A stretch of DNA of 32,000 bases, taken from contig NZ_CP074694.1 of NCBI RefSeq assembly GCF_018398935.1, positions 4,200,001-4,232,000 on the forward strand, in the 5' to 3' direction. A program made the translations under genes and the position numbers. Of the stretch, positions 8,334 through 16,487 are shown piece after piece. Under the pieces are notes generated by a model that was not told where the DNA came from, searched no databases, and saw only the letters and a list, made by a program, of their open reading frames with translations. The stretch comes from Telmatocola sphagniphila (lineage in GTDB: Bacteria > Planctomycetota > Planctomycetia > Gemmatales > Gemmataceae). Every line of letters starts with the position of its first letter. The stretch's first letter is position 1.

Positions 8334-9533
8334 ATGAAGATTCATGAATATCAAGCCAAGGAATTGCTCGCCGCCGCAGGGGCTGCGACTCCCAAGCATA
8401 TTGTTGTGCACACTCCGGAAGAAGCGGCGGCGGCTTTTGACCAGCTCTCGAACGGGGGCGGGGTGGTCGTCAAGGCGCAGGTCCATGCCGGCGGTCGTGG
8501 TGCCGGGCAACTGCTCGGATACAACGAGAAATTGGGCGGTGTGAAGTTCTGCACCAGCAAGGAAAAAGCCAAGAGTGTGGCTGAATTAATGCTCAAATAC
8601 CCTCTGAAAACCAAACAGACGGGTCCGGAAGGGCAGAAAGTTTCCACCCTGATCGTCCAAGCTGATGCGGAACCGGTGAAGGAATATTATCTGGGCATGG
8701 TCCTGGATCGGGCGATCGGTCTCCCCGTCATCATGGCCAGTACCGAAGGCGGTATGGACATCGAGGAAGTCGCTCATAATACCCCGGAAAAGATTTTGAA
8801 GCGAGCAGTCAACCCGCTGACGGGCTTGCTTCCCTTCCAGGCACAGGCCCTGGCCTTCGATCTGGGCTTCACTCCCGATCAGGTGCCTCAGGTTGTGAAA
8901 ATTCTTCTCGCCCTCAGCAAGGTGTATCTGGAAAAAGACGCCACCCTCGCCGAGATCAACCCGCTGGCTATCACCAAGTCGGGCAAAGTGGTTTGCCTCG
9001 ATGCCAAGATCGATTTCGACGACAACGCCATGTTCCGGCACGAAGACATTGCGAAATTACGCGATCTCGCCGAAGAAAATCCGGCGGAAATTCGAGCCGG
9101 CAAAGCTAACCTGAACTTCATTCAGCTCGATGGCAACATCGGCTGCCTGGTGAATGGGGCCGGGCTGGCCATGGGCACGATGGACATCATCAAGTACTCC
9201 GGCGGCGAACCGGCCAACTTCCTGGATGTCGGTGGTGGGGTAACACCGGAAGCTGCGATCGAAGCTTTCCGAATCATCCTAGGCGACCCCAAGGTCAAAG
9301 GCATTCTGGTGAACATCTTCGGCGGTATCGCTAGCTGTGCACTGATTGCCGAAGCCCTGGTCAAAGCCGGACGGGAAGTTGGTTTCAAGGTGCCCGTAGT
9401 GGTGCGACTGGAAGGCAATCAGGTAGATAAAGCCCGGGAAATTCTCAAGGCCGCGCAGGCGGAATTACCAATGATTCGCAGCGCCCCGAATCTGACGGAA
9501 GCGGCCAAGATGGTCGTCGCCGCCGCAAAATAA
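8334..9533 (+). CDS. sucC: succinyl-CoA synthetase (ADP-forming) beta subunit
   Basis: MKIHEYQAKELL N-terminus (ATG 8334, internal to track ORF 8259-9533). ATP-grasp region VVVKAQVHAGGRGAG. C-terminal GCLVNGAGLAMGTMDII...NFLDVGGG...VNIFGGI. Confidence 0.95.
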   Translation: MKIHEYQAKELLAAAGAATPKHIVVHTPEEAAAAFDQLSNGGGVVVKAQVHAGGRGAGQLLGYNEKLGGVKFCTSKEKAKSVAELMLKYPLKTKQTGPEGQKVSTLIVQADAEPVKEYYLGMVLDRAIGLPVIMASTEGGMDIEEVAHNTPEKILKRAVNPLTGLLPFQAQALAFDLGFTPDQVPQVVKILLALSKVYLEKDATLAEINPLAITKSGKVVCLDAKIDFDDNAMFRHEDIAKLRDLAEENPAEIRAGKANLNFIQLDGNIGCLVNGAGLAMGTMDIIKYSGGEPANFLDVGGGVTPEAAIEAFRIILGDPKVKGILVNIFGGIASCALIAEALVKAGREVGFKVPVVVRLEGNQVDKAREILKAAQAELPMIRSAPNLTEAAKMVVAAAK

Positions 9534-9596
9534 TCTCAAGCATCGCCCAACTTGAACTCCTGGATTAACCTCGGCTTTCACCACAGGATGCTCCTC

Positions 9597-10460
9597 ATGA
9601 GATTTGCAATATTTCTAATGGCACCGGCCATCTGTCTGATTGGCTGCGGCCCGGCACGGGTGAAGCCGACTGCTACGACTACCGAAACGACCACCCCTGC
9701 AGTCTCGAAATCCACAACGCCCGTAAATAACGAAGTCAAAAAAGACAGTTCGGAAAAGACCAATAAATCCGCTTCGCTCCCCATCAAAGAACAAGCCGAA
9801 CAATTCCTGGCCCGATTGTCCAAAGGCGAGGCCAAAACGAGTGAACTGAGCGCGGCCTTCAAAAAGCAGATCACACGGCCTCGAAATACAGAAGAGAAAG
9901 CACTCGGTTACTCCGACTCCCTGGCCCACGACTGGCTCGATAAACTGGCTGGGGCAACTTACAAGAGCAACTCGAATTTCAGCCAGCTCACCAATCAGTA
10001 CACGCTCATGGGTACAGTCACTGGTGGTCCGAAGACGGAGTATTTCGTGCTTCGCATGGTTATGCTGCCGGGCAAAACGCCGGAAGTGAATTGGTTTCAT
10101 CGCTCCAACCTTCGGGCCGGCGATCGCACGGCTCAAGCCAGCCCTGATGTCGACGCCGCACGCGACTTTTTAGAGGTGGCCGGCAGTGGTCAGGAAACTC
10201 TCACCGCATCGCTGTTGACCCCGGAATTCCGAGCGAAGATCGCTGAACCGCTGAGTTCCGACAAGGAGTTCGGTTACAACATTGGCATGTTGAATTTAAA
10301 AATCAAAGCCTGGCGAGCCACGGCAATAACCATGACCGTCGGCAACGACCTGGGCACCTTCAGCGGTGAATTGATCAACGGCGATCAGAAGAAAAGCTAC
10401 AAGTTGAAGCTGGTGAACAAAGACGGTAACTGGCTGGTCGAGAATTTCGAAGTGCAGTAA
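9597..10460 (+). CDS. lipoprotein with two tandem NTF2/DUF4878-like domains, inserted between sucC and sucD
   Basis: The ATG at 9597 (AGGA 9 nt upstream) gives MRFAIFLMAPAICLIGC with lipobox LIGC. A Thr-rich linker TATTTETTTP follows. Two similar ~100-aa halves (see finding). Confidence 0.75.
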   Translation: MRFAIFLMAPAICLIGCGPARVKPTATTTETTTPAVSKSTTPVNNEVKKDSSEKTNKSASLPIKEQAEQFLARLSKGEAKTSELSAAFKKQITRPRNTEEKALGYSDSLAHDWLDKLAGATYKSNSNFSQLTNQYTLMGTVTGGPKTEYFVLRMVMLPGKTPEVNWFHRSNLRAGDRTAQASPDVDAARDFLEVAGSGQETLTASLLTPEFRAKIAEPLSSDKEFGYNIGMLNLKIKAWRATAITMTVGNDLGTFSGELINGDQKKSYKLKLVNKDGNWLVENFEVQ

Positions 10461-10532
10461 TTCGATTTGCTAGAAAACGGACTGCATGAGCGGTCTTCTG
10501 AAATATGGCAGGGATTTTACCAAGGGAAACAC

Positions 10533-11411
10533 ATGAGCATACTTGTCGACAAGAACACACGAGTAATCTGCCAGGGACTGGGCAAGGCCGGTACCTTCCA
10601 CTCCATTCAATGCCGGGAATACGGCACTCAGATGGTGGGAGGGATTACTCCGGGCAAGGGCGGACAGGTAAAGGAAGGTTTCCCGTTATTCAATACGGTC
10701 TATGACGCCGTGCGTAAGGAAGGTGCCACGGCCAGCATGGTGTTCGTACCGCCGCCGGCCGCCGCGGATGCCATCATGGAAGCGGCGGATGCAGGGATTA
10801 AGGTCATCATTGCAATTACCGAAGGCATTCCGGTTCTGGATATGGCACGTGTGGCGGCCTTCCTCAAAGAGAAGCCAGGCGTCCGCCTCGTCGGGCCGAA
10901 CTGTCCCGGTGTGATCACGCCAGGCGAGTGCAAAATCGGTATCATGCCGGGTTACATTCACAAACCGGGTACGATTGGCGTGATTAGCCGCTCGGGCACA
11001 CTGACCTACGAAGCCGTGTTTCAATTGACGGCTCTCGGGTTGGGTCAGTCAACCTGTGTGGGAATCGGTGGAGACCCGATTATCGGCACCAATCAGATCG
11101 ACTGTCTAAAACTGTTCCAGGATGACCCGGGAACAGAGGCTATTCTGATGATCGGTGAAATCGGTGGCACCGCCGAAGAACGGGCGGCCGAATACATCGC
11201 CAAGCATGTCACCAAGCCAGTCGCCGCGTTCATTGCGGGCCAGACCGCTCCTCCGGGTCGGCGGATGGGTCACGCGGGCGCTATTATCTCGGGGGGTTCG
11301 GGAAGCGCTGTGGATAAAATTGCCGCTCTGAAGAAGGCTAACATCGAAGTGGCTCCTACCCCGGCCGATTTGGGCCAGGCCGTGAAGACCGCGATGAGCA
11401 AGAAGAAATAG
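10533..11411 (+). CDS. sucD: succinyl-CoA synthetase alpha subunit
   Basis: [16 protein letters not shown] start (ATG 10533, AAGGGA SD). CoA-binding fold. SRSGTLTYE and phosphohistidine loop [11 protein letters not shown]. Confidence 0.95.
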   Translation: MSILVDKNTRVICQGLGKAGTFHSIQCREYGTQMVGGITPGKGGQVKEGFPLFNTVYDAVRKEGATASMVFVPPPAAADAIMEAADAGIKVIIAITEGIPVLDMARVAAFLKEKPGVRLVGPNCPGVITPGECKIGIMPGYIHKPGTIGVISRSGTLTYEAVFQLTALGLGQSTCVGIGGDPIIGTNQIDCLKLFQDDPGTEAILMIGEIGGTAEERAAEYIAKHVTKPVAAFIAGQTAPPGRRMGHAGAIISGGSGSAVDKIAALKKANIEVAPTPADLGQAVKTAMSKKK

Positions 11412-11536
11412 TTACGGTGAATCGATCGTAATTCCATGGTAATTACACAAAGGGAGACGCGGAAGCTTTTCCCTCTTTTACGTGATGTCCCTGCAGATTT
11501 TCATTTTGTGAGGGCTAGAGATCGAGAATCCCTGCC

Positions 11537-11842
11537 TCAGGTGGAGGTCGCTTCCCGAAACTTTCGGGCCAGATCTTCCCTAGGGTTGAGGAAGCGATCT
11601 CGGGTTCCTGGAACCAGATCGAAAATCGAAGGCGCTTCCAGCGACTCCTCTTCTGTCAATCGACAAGCCTGCTGCCGACGAACCGCGTCTGAAAACAATT
11701 TCGGAAGACAGCTTTCGCAGCAAAGTGAATAGGTTTTCAATTCCTTGGTTAAACCGTCACTCCAGCGCGAAGCCACCTTATAGAGAGCAATCAAGCCACA
11801 TTCCGGCGTGTAGCAATGGATCGGGTACGGCTTCATCGACAT
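11537..11842 (-). CDS. hypothetical small Cys-containing protein
   Basis: 101-aa ORF with Cys pattern C-x4-C ... CC-x2-C ... C. Its composition is more protein-like than the overlapping R/S-rich plus-strand ORF 11436-11732. No SD, no recognised family. Confidence 0.45.
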   Translation of the reverse strand: MSMKPYPIHCYTPECGLIALYKVASRWSDGLTKELKTYSLCCESCLPKLFSDAVRRQQACRLTEEESLEAPSIFDLVPGTRDRFLNPREDLARKFREATST

Positions 11843-12010
11843 ATCTTTAAACGATCCATTTCTTGATCTCCAGGCGATGCTGCGCCCCTATTAGTCGATT
11901 TTCCATTCTGCCGATCTGGTGGCTTCCGTCAAGCAGCTAACCATCCTCGAAATGGATTTTTCTCAAAAAATTGAACTCGAAACTTGTCATGCGCTGCCAA
12001 CTAAATAGCC

Positions 12011-12058
12011 TAGACTTATCATCAAAATTAGTCTTACCTAATTTATATGATAAGATTA
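12011..12058. promoter_or_regulatory. large imperfect palindrome (21-bp arms, 6-bp spacer), candidate operator in an AT-rich promoter region
   Basis: Left arm TAGACTTATCATCAAAATTAG (12011-12031), spacer TCTTAC, right arm CTAATTTATATGATAAGATTA (12038-12058). 17 of 21 positions are complementary, including perfect sub-blocks CTTATCAT/ATGATAAG and AAATTAG/CTAATTT. It ends 27 nt before the TTG start at 12086. Confidence 0.4.
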
Positions 12059-12085
12059 AACTAATTTAATTGTTAGGAGATCCAA

Positions 12086-13126
12086 TTGAACAGACACCTG
12101 ACTAAGCGTAATGGCTTTACCCTCATTGAGTTACTGGTTGTAATCGCCATCATTGCAATTCTGATCGGCCTGCTATTACCGGCAGTCCAGAAGGTCCGGG
12201 AAGCGGCTGCCCGCGCTCAGTGCAGCAATAATCTCAAGCAAATCGGCCTGGCCCTGCACAATTACGAAAGCGCCAATGGCTACTTCCCGACTGCCTACAA
12301 GATGCTTTCCACATCTGACCCCGCCGCGCCGGCGGGAACCGGCACGTTTGGGCCATCGGTCTTAGTGCTGATCTTGCCCTACTTGGAACAGGACAATCTT
12401 TATGCGAAAATCGACATTACCAAGGCAGCGCTCAATCCAGTGAATATGCCGGCGAATAATTCCGCTTACTCGACTTCTGTAAAAGCGTTTCTCTGCCCTT
12501 CCACCCCCGCGCCTACCACCGTGGACTATTCAAACGAGTTGTCCAACAGTTTCAATAATTTCGGGATTACCGTCAGCTTTCCCACGGGGCTGATCTTCGG
12601 AAGAGCGGACTACGCGCCTGATGCGGGGATGCAGGCCGAGGAACCGGGCATCAACATCAATGCCGGAGCCTCAATCATTTGCCAGCCACCCGATGGACCG
12701 GTACGCATCACTGCGATTACCGATGGTACTTCGAACACAATGATGATCGTGGAAGACGCCGGTCGGCCCACCTGGTACGGTAGCAAAGGCCCTGCCCTGG
12801 TATCCGGTTACAGTGGCGCCGCCGGCACGACCCCTCAAGGCGGCGGCGGCTGGGCCGATCCTCTGAACTACATCGCCACCAATGGGGCCGATCCTCTCGG
12901 CACTGGCATTGCCGCTGGAGGGAATTTCATGGGAATTCCCGCCGCTCCCTGGTCCTGCGGTAATGGCTGCAGCAACGACAGCGAAGTTTTTGCCTTTCAC
13001 ACCGGCGGCAGCAACGTCTGTTTTGGAGATGGCTCCGTACGCTTCGTGAAAAACGGTCTAACCATGGGCCAGATGCAAGCCCTGCTCAGCCGAGCGGGCG
13101 GTGAAATTATCAATTTCGAATATTAA
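12086..13126 (+). CDS. DUF1559 protein with prepilin-type N-terminal cleavage/methylation leader
   Basis: TTG start with AGGAGA SD 5 nt upstream. KRNGFTLIELLVVIAIIAILIGLLLPAVQKVREAAARAQCSNNLKQIGLALHNY is the canonical planctomycete DUF1559 N-terminus. C-terminal FHTGGSNVCFGDGSVRFV motif. Confidence 0.9.
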   Translation: MNRHLTKRNGFTLIELLVVIAIIAILIGLLLPAVQKVREAAARAQCSNNLKQIGLALHNYESANGYFPTAYKMLSTSDPAAPAGTGTFGPSVLVLILPYLEQDNLYAKIDITKAALNPVNMPANNSAYSTSVKAFLCPSTPAPTTVDYSNELSNSFNNFGITVSFPTGLIFGRADYAPDAGMQAEEPGININAGASIICQPPDGPVRITAITDGTSNTMMIVEDAGRPTWYGSKGPALVSGYSGAAGTTPQGGGGWADPLNYIATNGADPLGTGIAAGGNFMGIPAAPWSCGNGCSNDSEVFAFHTGGSNVCFGDGSVRFVKNGLTMGQMQALLSRAGGEIINFEY

Positions 13127-13140
13127 GCAGGAGCCAGAAC

Positions 13141-13557
13141 GTGCGAAGTTTGTATTTTTTCCTGGGAAGCCTGCTGGCATTAGCAAATTCTGCTTGCGGC
13201 GATCAGAACAAGATTTACCCAGTGAGCGGCAAGGTGACCTATAAAGGCTCCCCGGCGGAAGGAGCCACGGTTTTCTTCCACCGCCAAGGGGGCGACCCGA
13301 TAAACGATCCGATGATTATGGGCATCGTTCTTGCGGATGGTTCCTTTGAAATCGTCTGTGGTTCGCAGGGCAAAGGTGCGCCGCCAGGCGATTATGACGT
13401 GTTGATCGAATGGAAACGAACCCTAGGCCAGTTCAAAGGCGGCCCGCAACATGGACCTGATAAATTGAAGGGCCGTTACGCAAGTCCCAAGCAACCGCAG
13501 CTGCATGCCCTCGTGGAGGCGAAGCCAACTGTTCTACCGCCATTTGATTTGAATTAA
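13141..13557 (+). CDS. small exported protein, carboxypeptidase-regulatory-like fold, DUF1559 partner
   Basis: GTG start with AGGAG 8 nt upstream, 14 nt after the DUF1559 stop. Signal MRSLYFFLGSLLALANSAC (Cys at the cleavage site, possible lipoprotein). YPVSGKVTYKGSPAEGATVFFH is typical of the small beta-sandwich proteins that follow DUF1559 genes. Confidence 0.75.
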   Translation: MRSLYFFLGSLLALANSACGDQNKIYPVSGKVTYKGSPAEGATVFFHRQGGDPINDPMIMGIVLADGSFEIVCGSQGKGAPPGDYDVLIEWKRTLGQFKGGPQHGPDKLKGRYASPKQPQLHALVEAKPTVLPPFDLN

Positions 13558-13602
13558 AACGGACACTCGGTTGGGCCGCGAAAAAATTTCTGGGGAGCCT
13601 CG

Positions 13603-14334
13603 CTATTCGGATGGAACTGCCGAACAGCGGCTATCCCCCAACTCATCCAGGGCATTCTGTGCGGCCAGGGCCTCGGCCTTTTTTTTACTCGGCCCCCAGG
13701 CCGGTTTGAACCGACGATCGCCCACTTCCACTACAACTTGAAAGGAGCGCGAGTGCTCCGGCCCCTGCTCGTCCAGCACTCGATAGGTTGGCGTTTGACA
13801 GAACTTCTTCTGGCAAAGTTGCTGCAGGTTGGACTTGGCGGCGTTCAGAAGATCTTCGTCTTTCAGAACTCTATCGATTTCCGGTTTCAGGAATTTCAAA
13901 ATGAAATCCCGAGCGACCGCAAAGTTGGAATCGAGATAGACGGCTGCCACGAGAGACTCAAAAGCATCGGCCAGAACGTTGCCGGGAATTTTCGGGTTGC
14001 TGCGGATGGCCCGGCCCAGAATCATGAAACGGGCCAGTTCCAGCTGTTCGCTGAATTTGATGCATGCTTCCTTGGCCACCACGGCGGATTTGATCTTCGT
14101 CATCATCCCTTCATGGAAATTGGGATGCTGGAGATACAATTCCTCAACGACCACAAGCCCTAGAACGGCGTCCCCCAGAAATTCCAATCGCTCGTTCGAA
14201 TGCTCCCGAGTATTCGCCCCGGAGGTGTGCGTAAGGGCGGCCACCAGTAGTTCTCGGCGTTGGAACTTGTAGCCGAGAATATTCTCGAGTTCGGCCCAAT
14301 TATCTTCTTTCGCGGTATTCGTAACAGCCGTCAT
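13603..14334 (-). CDS. rnc: ribonuclease III
   Basis: Signature NERLEFLGDAVL. Catalytic region DAFESLVAAVYLD. C-terminal dsRBD ...GPEHSRSFQVVVEVGDRRF...GPSKKKAEALAAQNAL. Start is either the ATG at 14334 or the upstream TTG at 14373, which has GGAAGG 9 nt upstream. Confidence 0.92.
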   Translation of the reverse strand: MTAVTNTAKEDNWAELENILGYKFQRRELLVAALTHTSGANTREHSNERLEFLGDAVLGLVVVEELYLQHPNFHEGMMTKIKSAVVAKEACIKFSEQLELARFMILGRAIRSNPKIPGNVLADAFESLVAAVYLDSNFAVARDFILKFLKPEIDRVLKDEDLLNAAKSNLQQLCQKKFCQTPTYRVLDEQGPEHSRSFQVVVEVGDRRFKPAWGPSKKKAEALAAQNALDELGDSRCSAVPSE

Positions 14335-14421
14335 ATGGAACCCGACGAAGCTTTCCCCAACCCCTGGCTGCAATCATTGCCGCCTTCCATAAAGATAATC
14401 AATGGGAGAGTCAAAATCCAA

Positions 14422-15105
14422 ATGAATCGGGATGCTATGAGTCAAAAGTTCGCGGCCTTGTGGGATGTGGATGGAACACTTGTCGACACCGGCGAAATGC
14501 ACTTCCGAGCCTGGAGGAAGATGTCGCAAGAGTTAGGGGTCGATTTCACCCGGGAACACTTTCGCGCCACCTTTGGAAGACGTAACCCGGAAATCATCCG
14601 CTTTATTTACGGCGATCATATTTCCGAAACGGAAAGTCAGCGGATCGCAAATACCAAAGAACGTTATTACATGGACGAGGCTCGGCAGGGAGTCCAACTG
14701 CTTCCCGGCGTCCGTACTTTACTGGAACAGCTTCAAAGGGCCGATTTCAAACAGGCGATTGGCTCGTCCGCTCCTCGCGCTAATCTCGAACTGATTTTGG
14801 ATTTAACGGACTCCCGCATATTCTTCGAGACTGTCGTGGCAATGGAGGACACTTCCCGAGGCAAACCCGATCCCGAGGTGTTTCTTACCGGGGCAAGCCG
14901 TCTTGGGATTACGCCCTCGCAGTGCGTTGTCTTTGAAGACGCCGTGGCGGGAGTTCAGGCCGCTAAAGCAGCGGGAATGAAGTGTGTGGCCGTGACCTTT
15001 GTTGGCCATCACGGTGAGGAGAAACTTCTTGAAGCCGGTGCCGACCGCTGTGTAAATCGGCTGGATGAACTTACGGCGGACGATGTTCGGAAATTATTTA
15101 AATGA
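14422..15105 (+). CDS. HAD-superfamily hydrolase, beta-phosphoglucomutase-like subfamily
   Basis: Motif I ALWDVDGTLVDT, motif II IGSSAPR, motif III/IV GKPDPEVFL...VVFEDAVAGVQAAKAAGM. Start is the ATG at 14422 (GGGAGAG 11 nt upstream) or at 14437. The long upstream part of track ORF 14260 overlaps rnc and is rejected. Confidence 0.9.
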   Translation: MNRDAMSQKFAALWDVDGTLVDTGEMHFRAWRKMSQELGVDFTREHFRATFGRRNPEIIRFIYGDHISETESQRIANTKERYYMDEARQGVQLLPGVRTLLEQLQRADFKQAIGSSAPRANLELILDLTDSRIFFETVVAMEDTSRGKPDPEVFLTGASRLGITPSQCVVFEDAVAGVQAAKAAGMKCVAVTFVGHHGEEKLLEAGADRCVNRLDELTADDVRKLFK

Positions 15106-15903
15106 GTATTCCGGGCTGGGGAAAACCCCATCCCGAACCTCTTCCCGGAACTTCTCCGCGGCCTGGCGAATCGCAGAGCCCAGATCGGCGTATCGCTTTA
15201 CGAATTTCGGCCGGACCTCATCGAACATCCCCAGCATGTCCTGAACAACCAGTACTTGTCCATCACAATTCGGGCCGGCTCCGATGCCAATAGTGGGGAT
15301 CGTCAACTTTTTGGTGATTTCCTCCCCAAGTGGAGACGGAATGCATTCGAGGACCACGGCAAATGCCCCCGCTTGCTCAACGGCGAGAGCATCCTCCAGA
15401 ATCTTCGCCTCATTCCGCTGCACTTTGAACCCGCCGAAAGCATGGACACTCTGCGGCGTCATCCCGACGTGACCCATCACGGGAATATCACATTCGACGA
15501 TCCGGCGGATCGCCTCGGCACAGCGAATCCCACCTTCCAATTTCACAGCCTGGGCACCGGCTTCCTTGAGCATTCGCCCGGCGCTGATAATTGCCTGCTC
15601 GGCACTGGTCTGGTAGGTCAGAAACGGCAAATCGCCAATCACCAACGCCCGGCGAGCGGCCCGACTAACGCAGCGCGTATGGTACAGACTTTCTTCCAGG
15701 GTCACTGCCAGAGGATTGTCGTTCCCCTGCATGACCATTCCCAGGGAATCGCCAACCAAAAGAGCATCCACGCCCGAAGAATCCAGCAATAATCCGGTGG
15801 TGTAATCGTAAGCCGTGAGAACGGATAGTTTACGGCCAGCTTTTTTTGCGGTTAAAAAATCAGGAACGGTCATGCGGACCGTCTTTTTGGGTGTCTCAGC
15901 CAT
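15094..15903 (-). CDS. panB: 3-methyl-2-oxobutanoate hydroxymethyltransferase
   Basis: 269 aa. LSVLTAYDY, LLVGDSLGMVMQG, AVKLEGG and VMGHVGMTPQS are PanB hallmarks. Its 3' end overlaps the HAD gene by 12 bp. Confidence 0.95.
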   Translation of the reverse strand: MAETPKKTVRMTVPDFLTAKKAGRKLSVLTAYDYTTGLLLDSSGVDALLVGDSLGMVMQGNDNPLAVTLEESLYHTRCVSRAARRALVIGDLPFLTYQTSAEQAIISAGRMLKEAGAQAVKLEGGIRCAEAIRRIVECDIPVMGHVGMTPQSVHAFGGFKVQRNEAKILEDALAVEQAGAFAVVLECIPSPLGEEITKKLTIPTIGIGAGPNCDGQVLVVQDMLGMFDEVRPKFVKRYADLGSAIRQAAEKFREEVRDGVFPSPEYSFK

Positions 15904-16014
15904 GCGATTTTCTCTTCCATCCTTCCATCTCGCCCTTTTCGATTGTAGGGTTTAGAGGTAGAGCGGGATCGCCCGACCAGATCGGAAATTGAAAAGGAAT
16001 AGGGACTTCCAAGG

Positions 16015-16020
16015 TATAAT
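16015..16020 (+). promoter_or_regulatory. perfect TATAAT -10 hexamer upstream of the DCC gene (short-leader transcript candidate)
   Basis: TATAAT at 16015-16020, 18 nt before the ATG at 16039. No SD in between. The only -35-like TTGAAA lies 20 nt upstream, which is poor spacing. Confidence 0.25.
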
Positions 16021-16038
16021 GATTAAAGAAGTCGAAAC

Positions 16039-16461
16039 ATGACCACACTGACCGCCAACAAATTGGAATCTCAAGCCTGCGTTCTATTCGATGGCGACTG
16101 CCGGTTCTGTCAGAAATCGGTTGCGTTGCTGCGGAAGCTAGACTGGCTGCAGCGTTTGAGCTTTCATAATGCCCGGGACTTCGATACCATCCCTCCGCAC
16201 ACCGTTGCTTTGGACGCCGATCGACTCCTTCAGGAGATGCACGTACTCACTCCGGAGGGCACAAAGGCCTTTGCTGGCTTTAAGGCCTTCCGCTGGATCG
16301 CCGGCCGACTTCCCGCCCTTTGGCTAATAGTGCCTTTTCTGTATATTCCCGGTGTACCTTTTCTCGGGCAGAAGTTGTATCTTTGGGTGGCTCGGAATCG
16401 CTATGGATTAGTCCCCTGCCACGACGGACAGTGTGCCGTGCCATTGAAGAAGAAAAAATAA
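16039..16461 (+). CDS. DCC-family thiol-disulfide oxidoreductase (DUF393)
   Basis: 140 aa. The N-terminal VLFDGDCRFCQKSV motif (DxxCxxC) and overall size match the DCC1/YuxK family. Confidence 0.85.
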   Translation: MTTLTANKLESQACVLFDGDCRFCQKSVALLRKLDWLQRLSFHNARDFDTIPPHTVALDADRLLQEMHVLTPEGTKAFAGFKAFRWIAGRLPALWLIVPFLYIPGVPFLGQKLYLWVARNRYGLVPCHDGQCAVPLKKKK

Positions 16462-16487
16462 GTGCCCAGTCAGAACAGAAAGTAAGG

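Noticed and set aside
11436-11732. 98-aa plus-strand ORF overlapping the 101-aa minus-strand ORF
   Set aside because: It has strongly Arg/Ser-rich, low-complexity composition. The minus-strand product looks more protein-like. Neither is certain, so only the minus ORF is listed, at low confidence.
16320-16487. N-terminal extension of the YhaM-like ORF overlapping the DCC gene. Similar upstream extensions occur at 222-275, 8259-8333, 9552-9596, 10467-10532 and 14260-14421.
   Set aside because: The extensions overlap neighbouring genes or lack homology to the family N-termini. Internal ATGs with SDs reproduce canonical N-termini ([23 protein letters not shown], signal peptides).
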